NCBI GenBank assembly: GCA_963664325.2
Contig: CAXXDQ010000007.1
Span: 544,001-608,000, forward strand
Direction: 5' to 3'
DNA from: Desulfomonilia bacterium
Lineage (GTDB): Bacteria; Desulfobacterota; Desulfomonilia; UBA1062
DNA length: 64,000 nt
Shown: positions 1 to 8,565 of the stretch, piece by piece
Layout: the number at the start of each line of letters is the position of its first letter
Numbering within the stretch: position 1 is the stretch's first letter
Program-made: the position numbers and the translations under genes
Notes under the pieces: generated by a model
The model's database searches: none
What the model was told of the DNA's origin: nothing
Seen by the model: only the letters and a program-made list of their open reading frames with translations

Positions 1-17
1 GCCATATTATTTCTAAT

Positions 18-73
18 ACCTAACGAATAAATCATCTAGAGCGTATTGATCGGCTTGATTAATCCTGTTGGTC
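18..73 (-). mobile_element. attC-like integron recombination site
   Basis: On the minus strand, GACCAAC lies 2 nt after the nuclease stop codon, inner arms are AATCA/TGATT, and the site ends in GTTAGGT (GTTRRRY). It is followed by ATTAGAAATAAT-ATG at position 5, which would start the next cassette gene at the window edge. Confidence 0.6.
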
Positions 74-75
74 AT

Positions 76-564
76 TCACCATACCCAACTTTCTGATTCA
101 AGCTTCAGTCGAAGGTGATGGACGTTTGGATCAAGTGCATATTTTTTAAGATAATTCTCACCCATTTTCCAATCTTCTATTGCTTTGCCGTTGTTGCCTC
201 TATATTTCATGTCGTAATTATCTAAACTGGTAAGGAACAAGTCAGCGGAATCACTTGCTTCAACATATATTGCTATCCATGTCTCGCAATTAAAATCTTC
301 ACATGTTTGTTTCGCTTTTTCCCTATCATTGCTTGCTCTTTTGAATATGTTGACAGAATCTTTCTCAGTCCCAGTGATTCTTGTACGGGACTTGACAGTA
401 ATTCCAATTCTTCTTTTTGACTCACGATGGTATGCAATAATATCAATTCCAATATGATCGACCAGAACGACCTCCAAACCTGACCTGGATAACCAGTTAC
501 AGACAAGATGTTCGCCAAAATCACCAACTATTTTTGCATGTCTTGAGCTTTTTTTGATCTCCAT
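76..564 (-). CDS. PD-(D/E)XK-family nuclease (restriction endonuclease-like), probable gene cassette
   Basis: GDFGE...GIDII...ITVKSR pattern fits a PD-(D/E)XK fold; visibly AT-richer than neighbouring genes; flanked by attC-like sites. Confidence 0.7.
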   Translation of the reverse strand: MEIKKSSRHAKIVGDFGEHLVCNWLSRSGLEVVLVDHIGIDIIAYHRESKRRIGITVKSRTRITGTEKDSVNIFKRASNDREKAKQTCEDFNCETWIAIYVEASDSADLFLTSLDNYDMKYRGNNGKAIEDWKMGENYLKKYALDPNVHHLRLKLESESWVW

Positions 565-574
565 ATTATCCCAT

Positions 575-640
575 TCCCAACATGGGCATCAGCGGAAGGC
601 GAACGATTTATTGCCGATCCGGTATATGCCTTTTTTAATA
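575..640 (-). mobile_element. degenerate attC-like site
   Basis: Imperfect palindrome GGCATCAGCGGA-AGGC...GCC-GATCCGGTATATGCC on the plus strand. The minus strand ends in GTTGGGA 10 nt before the nuclease ATG; the distal core site has decayed. Confidence 0.45.
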
Positions 641-855
641 AGTTATTTATTCCTTTTGGGTTACGAAGACAATTACTACATGCTGCAATGAATTGCGTCT
701 GGTGCCAGTGGGACAAACCTTTACCGGTAGGCATATAGGATTAAGTTTCCATAATTGCAATGAAGCGCCGATTCGATCAATCCCACAGGTTAGATATCCG
801 TAAGTATTTTTCTCACGTCCTTGCATTTGAAATTCATCTGAGATATTGCGCGGAT

Positions 856-2115
856 ATGTTTGAAGACAGCCCATCGCTTATTTTTGCAGACTCAAAAGGC
901 AATATAATTGATTTCGAGCCGCTCGCAATGGCCGGCAGGACCTGGGACTATATCGAGCCTGTTGAAACGCCCGACTTGATACCAATGCCGAAAGGCTCCC
1001 AGCTCTATGTGCTGCCGGACAGGCATTCCATGGGGTTTGACAGAGAAACTGGCGAGCTTGTCGTCCTTGACGAGAATCCTTTCGAACCCGGCACACCCGC
1101 ATTCGCAGTGAGCGTGTTTCTGCCTGCCGCCTATTCACAGACCTATATAGCCCCCTGGCGCAAAAACAGAGAGGCTTGCGTACTGCCGCTTTTCCCGTAC
1201 ACAGCAGCCGGCTGGCACGGGGAAAATTTTGTTGCGGCTGGCGTACGGGTGGATGATTCAAGAAGACAGGACCCGGAGATGTTCGACCATGACAAGATCA
1301 GCAAGGGGATTGCCGAATGGAGGAAAGACCTGCCTGAAAACAGGCTCGTCAGACACCTCTCAAACTGCGCTGAATGCTATTCCTGCCCGGCCGCGCTTAA
1401 TCTTTTTCAGGGACGCGAAGAGGCCCCTCTTCCGACATCACCCGGATGCAATGCGACCTGTATAGGCTGCATATCACTGCAGGAGAAGTGCGGCCCCCCA
1501 TCCCCGCAGCAGCGAATAAATTTCGTCCCGTCTCCAGAAGAAATCGCGGAAGTCGCCCTGCGCCACATCCATGCAGTAAATCAACCGGTCGTCAGCTTCG
1601 GCCAGGGCTGCGAAGGAGAACCGCTTCTTGTGGCTGATACAATAATGAAAGCCATAGTCCTTATCAGAAAGAGCACGCTAAAGGGCACTATCAATCTCAA
1701 TTCAAATTCAAGCCTGCCGGAAGAGATCGCAGAACTTGCGGACGCAGGCCTTGACAGCCTGCGCATAAGCATGAACTCGCCCAGAGAAGCCACTTATGTC
1801 AAATATTTCAGACCCAAATATCCATTCGAGGCACTCAGGCAGAGTGCGCTTGAAATGAAAAAACGCGGCAAGTTCGTTTCTTTGAACCTGTTCGTCTTTC
1901 CCGGCCTGACCGATGCGCCCAAAGAGGTCAAGGCCTTAAAGCGGTTCTTAAGCGAAACCGGCATCGACATGATACAGTGGCGCAACCTCAACATGGATCC
2001 GGATGCTTATATAGAGGCTCTTGATCTGAAACTTGAGCCGGGTATGGGTATTAAAAATCTCATCGAATCCCTTCCTCTCAGAAAAGGCTACTTCAATCCT
2101 TTCATCCCGAAATGA
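856..2115 (+). CDS. radical SAM protein of unknown function
   Basis: CNATCIGC (CxxxCxxC), GQGCEGEPL motif and an extra CAECYSC cluster. ATG 856 preferred over the ORF-track start at 760. Confidence 0.85.
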   Translation: MFEDSPSLIFADSKGNIIDFEPLAMAGRTWDYIEPVETPDLIPMPKGSQLYVLPDRHSMGFDRETGELVVLDENPFEPGTPAFAVSVFLPAAYSQTYIAPWRKNREACVLPLFPYTAAGWHGENFVAAGVRVDDSRRQDPEMFDHDKISKGIAEWRKDLPENRLVRHLSNCAECYSCPAALNLFQGREEAPLPTSPGCNATCIGCISLQEKCGPPSPQQRINFVPSPEEIAEVALRHIHAVNQPVVSFGQGCEGEPLLVADTIMKAIVLIRKSTLKGTINLNSNSSLPEEIAELADAGLDSLRISMNSPREATYVKYFRPKYPFEALRQSALEMKKRGKFVSLNLFVFPGLTDAPKEVKALKRFLSETGIDMIQWRNLNMDPDAYIEALDLKLEPGMGIKNLIESLPLRKGYFNPFIPK

Positions 2116-2987
2116 GAATCATTTTCACTTCAGACCTTCACGGCAAAGTCAACCTGTATGAGCAGATGTTCGCCCTGTCCATAAGCAGAGATGCAGACCT
2201 GGTAATTATGGGCGGAGATATCATGCCCACTGAATTCGGCGGCCTTTTCGACCTGGCCCAGGGAGTGAACGTCTATCAAAAAAGTCTGGACTTTCAGCTT
2301 GAGTTTATAGACAGCTATCTGGCGCCGCGTATAAAGAAGTTCAAAATGGAAAATCCGGAAAAAGAGATCTTCTATATTCCGGGTAACCATGACTGGAACA
2401 TGGCAACACGGCACCTCGAAGAAAGTCTTGAGGATGCCTTTAACCTTCATGGCAGGATTGCAACTTTCATGGGGTACTATTTCTCCGGCTACGGCTGCGT
2501 AATCGACTCCCGCTTCTGGGTAAAAGACCTTGTGAGAAGAGATTTTCCCGATGACAAAGGCTCTCCCGGCAGGTTTTCATGCATCAGTACGCCTGAAGGC
2601 ATGAGGCTGTACAAAGACACGGCATACCTTGACCTGAACAAGAGTATTGAAGAGGAGCTTGCAGCCCTTGGAATAATCGAGCCTTCAAAAACAGTTTGCG
2701 TTTTTCACTCGCCTCCATTTGGAACCATGATTGACACCCTGCATGACGGCAAACCCATAGGGAGCAAGGCAATCCGTAATTTCATTGAAAAGTTTCAGCC
2801 TCTGATTTCTCTTCACGGACACATACACGAGGCGCCTTATATGACCGGCCTGTTCCTTAACAGGCTCGGCAAAACCCCGTGTATAAATCCGGGACACTAC
2901 AAAGACGACCTCCATGCGGTGATAATCAACCTGTCGGGAATGGAACCTGAAATAAAACATACGCTTTTCAGGAATGTTCCAAGTTGA
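2112..2987 (+). CDS. calcineurin-like metallophosphoesterase (Icc-related)
   Basis: SDLHG, GGD, PGNHD, HSPP and HGHIHE motifs; ATGA overlap with the upstream gene. Confidence 0.9.
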   Translation: MRIIFTSDLHGKVNLYEQMFALSISRDADLVIMGGDIMPTEFGGLFDLAQGVNVYQKSLDFQLEFIDSYLAPRIKKFKMENPEKEIFYIPGNHDWNMATRHLEESLEDAFNLHGRIATFMGYYFSGYGCVIDSRFWVKDLVRRDFPDDKGSPGRFSCISTPEGMRLYKDTAYLDLNKSIEEELAALGIIEPSKTVCVFHSPPFGTMIDTLHDGKPIGSKAIRNFIEKFQPLISLHGHIHEAPYMTGLFLNRLGKTPCINPGHYKDDLHAVIINLSGMEPEIKHTLFRNVPS

Positions 2988-3056
2988 TTCTTTACTCATT
3001 CTGAAACCGGCAAATGTTTTTTTACCGGGATTTTTTCGTTATTTCGGCATTTATTC

Positions 3057-4052
3057 TCAATAAAGGCTGAAACCTTTTTCTTCTATTATTTTTTCACCAT
3101 GTTTTACCGAAACAGATACCGCCGACTGCGTCAATCCGATATGCCTGCCGACCTGTGTCGCTGAAATGCCAAGTTCCCTGACAGCCCAGTAACAGAATAC
3201 ACGGCGGGCTTCAACCGAGGCGCGGTATTTCCCCGGGGACGTTAACGGATTTATTCCAAGAAGCTGTCTTACCCTTGAAGCAAGCTTCTTTAAGTCATAA
3301 CCCCTGATCCTGAGCTGCAGTTTTCTGTCAAGCTCTTCTTCGGATTTCTTTAATGTCGATAATACGAAATCACTGTCGCCAAGAATACGCTCATCACCTT
3401 TAAGTTTCATTCCTTTTGATCTCCGGTCAAGAACAGATTGCCAGCCTCCTGCACTTCTTACCAGTCCCCCTCCGGTCAGATCGGTTCTTTTCCCTTTTGA
3501 TATTCCGGCACTGACAAATTTACGATATTTCATTCTTGCATAACCTGTTCTGGGGGCGAAATATTTTAAAACATGACCGGTGTCTTCAAAAAAGGTCTCC
3601 CTCTGCCCCATGACCGCCGAATGTCCGCAGTATGGGTAACTGTCCAGGTCATCCAGCGTTCTTACAAGCCCTGTACGCAATGGGTTCAGATGAATATACC
3701 TGACAAGTTCAAGCATGTAAGCGTCTTCCTGTGATAGTATTGATTTGTAGCGGTTTTGAAAAAGATGGCCCTTCCTTCTGTGCCTCCGGTTAAAATACTG
3801 GGCATGGCCGGTCAACAGTCTTCTCATTACTGTTGCCACAGGTACATTTCCCGTCCTCAGCAAGAGGTGAAAATGGTTTGGAAGCAGAGCCCATGCATAG
3901 CATGATGTTTTCGTCTCAGTCAGTATAGCTGCAAGTCTGTCTAAAAAAGATTTCCGGTCTTCGTCATCGGCAAATATTTTCTGCCTGACCACGCCCCTTA
4001 CTATGATGTGATGAAGTGCACCTGATGAGTCTATCCTGGCCTTTCTCGGCAT
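3057..4052 (-). mobile_element. IS200-like Y1 (HUH) transposase, RAYT-type, with C-terminal HTH
   Basis: MPRKAR..HHIIVRG, NHFHLL (HUH), GHLFQNRYKS and YIHLNP motifs; C-terminal helix-turn-helix-like segment. Confidence 0.85.
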
Positions 4053-4339
4053 AATCAATCCCTCTTGAGTCTATACATGCAAACATTACTGGCCCTGCTG
4101 CTTATTCACGGCTACAGGTTCCATGAAAACCGTGCAACTGATATCCGCCAAAGCAGGTTAATTATCAGACAGTCAGGCTTACTTCAAGCTTTTTTCATAT
4201 TGTAAGGAGCGTCCCTTAGTACCGCACGACATCTTGCATACTGATATGTTTTGTCGTTTCCGGGTAATTTCATGCAATCATCGAACCATTAACCGAGCCA
4301 TCGGCAGGATGGAAAAAATTCATCTGTTGATCAGGTAAT

Positions 4340-4369
4340 GGGTTATGCCCCGTTTACGGGACACAACCC
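4340..4369 (-). terminator. hairpin downstream of ompA (terminator-like, no U-tract)
   Basis: Minus strand GGGUUGUGUCCCG-UAAA-CGGGGCAUAACCC pairs fully when G-U pairs are allowed. Confidence 0.45.
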
Positions 4370-4405
4370 ACTCCACACATTCTTGATTCTTTAAGACTGT
4401 TCTTC

Positions 4406-5473
4406 CTATTCCACTGTCTTCACAGTCCAGTAATCAACTGAGGCCTCAACCCTCCTGTTCTTTTTTCTGCCCTCTTCCGTCTTGTTGCTGGCAATGGGCC
4501 TCTCAAGGCCATACCCAACTGTTTTCAACCGCGAGGCATCAATCCCCAATTTATCAACAAGATACTTCTTTACGCTTTCAGCCCTTTTCTGGGAAAGCGT
4601 CTTATTATATTTGGCGGTCCCGACATTATCAGTATAGCCCTCAATTGTCACATTCAAATCCGGATATTTTTTCAGGACATCGGCAAATTTTACCAGTTCA
4701 CTGTCATACTCTGGAATAATATCAGCCTTGTTTGTTTTGAACTTCACATCAATTGTCGCCCTGCCTTTTTCCTTGATTTCCTTTTCGATAACTGTAGGCG
4801 CAGCAACCGGGGCTGGAGCAGGTGCCGGCTCAGGTTCAACGACGGGCGCCGGCTTTGGAGGCTCTACAACAACCGGAGGAGCCACCTCGACGACGGGAGC
4901 GGGTTTCGGTTTGTCTCCCAGATAACAGCCAAGTCCCAAAGTGTATTCCAGGTTGTTTACCGGGTTGCCATCAAAAGCATTAAAAACAAGGAGATGACGG
5001 AAATCAGCCCGTATAAACCAGTCCTCTGATACAAATATTCTCGCACCCGCTCCATAATCAGCCACAAAATTATCTTTCGGCTTTGCTCCTTCAACATCGA
5101 CATTCCTGTCGCCGGCTCCGACCGCCAGATACGGGACAAACCGGCTGTTAGGCATTAGATATATAAGTCCCTCAAGCCTGTATCCCAGAAGATTAACATC
5201 AGCTCCCTCGGCAACTGCTGTTTTCCCATAGATTTTGTCCCTTTTCATATCCGATGCACCTATTTCAAAAGGTATTTCCAGGCCTAAATATTTCGAAAAA
5301 TCATATCCAAGCCTTAACATTCCAATGCCTGCAATATTTATCTCTTCCCTCGAATCAAATGAGTAACCGCCACCTGAAAGCGACAAAGTTACACCACTGT
5401 CCCTGTTTGCGGCAAAGACTTGAAAAGAGAACACGACCGATAATAGAACTGTTAAAAATATTATTTTTTTCAT
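4406..5473 (-). CDS. OmpA family outer membrane protein (beta-barrel, Pro-rich linker, peptidoglycan-binding domain)
   Basis: Signal peptide, beta-barrel, PA/PV linker, IEGYTDNVG..YNKTLSQKRA..NRRVE. Confidence 0.92.
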   Translation of the reverse strand: MKKIIFLTVLLSVVFSFQVFAANRDSGVTLSLSGGGYSFDSREEINIAGIGMLRLGYDFSKYLGLEIPFEIGASDMKRDKIYGKTAVAEGADVNLLGYRLEGLIYLMPNSRFVPYLAVGAGDRNVDVEGAKPKDNFVADYGAGARIFVSEDWFIRADFRHLLVFNAFDGNPVNNLEYTLGLGCYLGDKPKPAPVVEVAPPVVVEPPKPAPVVEPEPAPAPAPVAAPTVIEKEIKEKGRATIDVKFKTNKADIIPEYDSELVKFADVLKKYPDLNVTIEGYTDNVGTAKYNKTLSQKRAESVKKYLVDKLGIDASRLKTVGYGLERPIASNKTEEGRKKNRRVEASVDYWTVKTVE

Positions 5474-5692
5474 AACTACCCCCCCTTTTAAGGTGTTTAA
5501 ACCTTAAAATATGTAATCCTTTTTTGATAATCAGGATAATCCTTATTTTCCGATTCCAAAAACCTTACTTTTACAGTCTTCATTATCCTTTATGTAGCTG
5601 GTGGTTTTTACTCCATTCCGTATTTTGTCAGCCCGTATCTCGAAAACATGCTCACAGAAATGCCGAATCAAAAGTCATGTGTCGGAAAAATC

Positions 5693-5730
5693 AGGGCACC
5701 CGACCCATCGGTTCATCATGGATCGGGTGC
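5693..5730 (-). terminator. probable terminator after mscL
   Basis: Minus strand GCACCCGAUCCAU-N9-AUGGGUCGGGUGC stem, followed by CCUGAUUUUU. Confidence 0.5.
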
Positions 5731-5781
5731 GCAAGCAAGCTTTAATACATATTGAATGCTTGATTTGCAGAGAGGCAGTGT

Positions 5782-6237
5782 TCAATCAACCTGCTTGACT
5801 TCAGATGTGCAGTGGCTGCACCTGACCGCCTTTTTGGGAATTTCCGACAGGCAAAAAGGGCAATCCCTTGTTGAAGGTACTTTTGCATCTGATGGCTTCC
5901 TCAACCTGTTCATAGCCTTTACAAGGAGAAAAACCGCAAACGATATTATTAAAAAGGAAACAACCACGTTTATAAATGCCCCGTAATTGAGCGTAACAGC
6001 CCCTGCAGCTTTGGCCTGTGCGAGTGTGGCAAAGGAAGTTGCCGCTTCTTTCCCAGCCTTTAAAACAACAAACAGGTTTGAGAAATCAACGTTACCCAGC
6101 AGCAGGCCGATTGGAGGCATGATGATATCGTCCACCAGAGATTTAACGATTGCACCGAAGGCAGCTCCGATAATTATACCGACAGCCATATCCATTGCGT
6201 TTCCCTTAACCGCGAATTCCTTGAATTCCTTCCACAT
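5782..6237 (-). CDS. mscL: large-conductance mechanosensitive channel with C-terminal Zn-ribbon
   Basis: [38 protein letters not shown]; C-terminal CPFC..CSHC. Confidence 0.96.
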   Translation of the reverse strand: MWKEFKEFAVKGNAMDMAVGIIIGAAFGAIVKSLVDDIIMPPIGLLLGNVDFSNLFVVLKAGKEAATSFATLAQAKAAGAVTLNYGAFINVVVSFLIISFAVFLLVKAMNRLRKPSDAKVPSTRDCPFCLSEIPKKAVRCSHCTSEVKQVD

Positions 6238-6355
6238 GGCTTTACCCCCTTTCTATATTTTTTCTGTTTATGCTCATTTCAATTCCAGGGAAAGTTTTAT
6301 TGAATCTTTAAAACATGCCTGATTGATTCTTCATATTCCTGAAGAATTCAGCTGC

Positions 6356-7424
6356 CTATATCCATTTCTTTTTTCTGAAATACAATAACATTACAGCGGC
6401 TACGGCAATCATCAGGACCCAGATGGCAGGATAACCCCAATGCCATTTGAGTTCGGGCATGTTGGCGAAATTCATGCCGTAAATGCCGACAATGAATGTC
6501 AGGGGAATGAATATTGTTGCGAATATCGTCAGCACTTTCATCACATCATTCATCTTGATGCTCAGGCTGGAAAGGTATGCGTCCCTGATATCCGTAACAA
6601 TCTCCCTGAACGTTTCCACAATATCCATCGCCTGAAGGAGGTGGTCCGTCAGATCCCTTAAAAACCGGTGCGTACCCTCACTGACAAGCGATGGCATATC
6701 CCTTAGGAGCCTTGTAATAATCTCCCTGAGCGGCCATATTCCCTTTCTGAGACGCAGTATATCGTTTCTCAACGAGTTTATCTTTCTGGATATGCTGTCG
6801 TCGGGGTGTGTTAATGCGGCGTCTTCAACATGCTCGATTTCCGCTTCGATATCCTCAAGCACAACAAAATAATTATCAACAATGTTGTCGATCAGGGCAT
6901 AGGCAAGGTAATCGCTACCCTCTTTCCTTATCATCCCCTTATCCGAACGGAGCCTGTCTTTTACCATTTCAAACGGGTCACGGCCTCCTTCCTGGAAGGT
7001 CAGGACATAATCCTTCCCGAGCACCAGGCTAATCTGCTCATGATCGATCTGACCTTCACCTGCGAACCAGAATGATTGCGTCCATTACAATGAAAACATA
7101 GTTGTCCTGATCATCAATCTTGGGACGCTGGCCTGTTGTCAGGATGTCTTCTATAAGCAGGGTATGGAGTCCATAATGGCCGGCTACTTTTTCAATGAGA
7201 CCCACATCCTGAAGCCCCCGTACATCAATCCAGCGCTTTGAGCCTTCAGGCCGGGGCTGTTCATCGTATCCAGCAGGGTGGATTTCGCTTATCCTGTCTT
7301 CGGTATAATCGAAAACCGTTACAACCGGCACATCAAGCCTTTTCTTCCCGATATGCCTGAGCGTACCAGGCGGCAGTCCTGCCTTGGTCGATACGTTCTT
7401 TGAGAATCTAGTCATGCTTAACAA
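6356..7424 (-). CDS. corA: Mg/Co transporter CorA, split by a +1 frameshift near 7070-7085 (likely sequencing error)
   Basis: N-half GLPPGTL..EDIL..QRPK (7056-7424) and C-half with GIYGMNF..MPEL (6356-7024). Removing one base restores ..FWFAGEGQIDHEQISLVLGK. Confidence 0.88.
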
Positions 7425-7464
7425 TCATTATATCTTAATTCTTATGGATACGGACCGGAAAATT

Positions 7465-8550
7465 TCAGCCCATCATCACTTTCATGAATCCATCTATCTT
7501 GCCCTTTTCGGTTGCGACCCTGATGCCCATATCCTGTACTGTTTCAGGAATGTCTGGTTCCACCTGGCGCTTCCTGAGCGAGATCGCACTCACTAAACAG
7601 GTTGAAACGCAAAGCCCGCATCCGATGCACCTGTTCTCATCAATTGCCGATGAAGCATCATCGACCTTGATCGCTCCCATGGGGCAGCGGTCCAGGCACA
7701 TGCCGCAGCCGGTGCATTCATCAGCATCAAGAACTGCAAGGTAGGAGCTTGAATAAAATGCGTGCGGATGTTTGAGCTGCGTCATACCCCTCATGATCGT
7801 GCAGCAGCACGGGCAGCAGTTACAGATGAAATAAGTCCTGTTTTTCGTATTGCCGCTCATATGGACAAGGCCTGCATCCTCGCTCCGGTCAAGGGCCTTG
7901 AACGCCTCTTCCCTGGATATTTCCCGCGCAAAACCTTTTTCGACAAGGAATCTTCCGCCCGCGTCAAATATCAGGCATACATCTTTGGGCTTGTCACATT
8001 TTGCAACGCTCACCCTGCAGGCGCAATCCGCCAAGGCAAAATAGTCGGCCTGTGATATGAACCGCTTCACTTCTTCATAAGGATGAATCTGTGATAGTGA
8101 CTTAACGGAACTCTCGACCGGAATCACCCTGGCCAGGGGGGTCGGGTTGCCGGAAAACCCGTTGCTCAGACACTCTGCATGGTAGTTTTCCCACAGCCGC
8201 GCCAGTTTCTTCAGTTCAGGGCCTGCCATGCCCTTCATGAACGGGAATTCGAATAACCCCGGGATTGTCGGCAGCAGCGCATAGGTTTTAACCCCTTTGC
8301 TTACCTTTGAGAAAAGGAGCGCCTTTGATGAAAGGGCGTCCAGCGCCTTCTCAACCTTTTGAGCATCAAGACCGGAGTCCTTTGTTATCTCATCTGCTGT
8401 TTTCGCCCTGAAGCTCATACGGCATAAGATTTCCGCCTCTTCAGGGGTATAATAAATCCTCAATATCTCATCAAAATACCTTGATGCCGGGGCACCTGAT
8501 GGATGGGTATCAAGAATCTGCCTCAACTTTTCGTAACTGTCATTGACCAT
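7465..8550 (-). CDS. 4Fe-4S dicluster protein with N-terminal HTH-like domain
   Basis: CACR, CNCCPCCC, CTGCGMCLDRCP and CIGCGLCVSTC motifs. Confidence 0.85.
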   Translation of the reverse strand: MVNDSYEKLRQILDTHPSGAPASRYFDEILRIYYTPEEAEILCRMSFRAKTADEITKDSGLDAQKVEKALDALSSKALLFSKVSKGVKTYALLPTIPGLFEFPFMKGMAGPELKKLARLWENYHAECLSNGFSGNPTPLARVIPVESSVKSLSQIHPYEEVKRFISQADYFALADCACRVSVAKCDKPKDVCLIFDAGGRFLVEKGFAREISREEAFKALDRSEDAGLVHMSGNTKNRTYFICNCCPCCCTIMRGMTQLKHPHAFYSSSYLAVLDADECTGCGMCLDRCPMGAIKVDDASSAIDENRCIGCGLCVSTCLVSAISLRKRQVEPDIPETVQDMGIRVATEKGKIDGFMKVMMG

Positions 8551-8565
8551 CTTCTCCTCCTGTTT

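Noticed and set aside
760-855. N-terminal extension of the radical SAM ORF given by the ORF track
   Set aside because: Looks like promoter/leader DNA; protein-like sequence starts at ATG 856.
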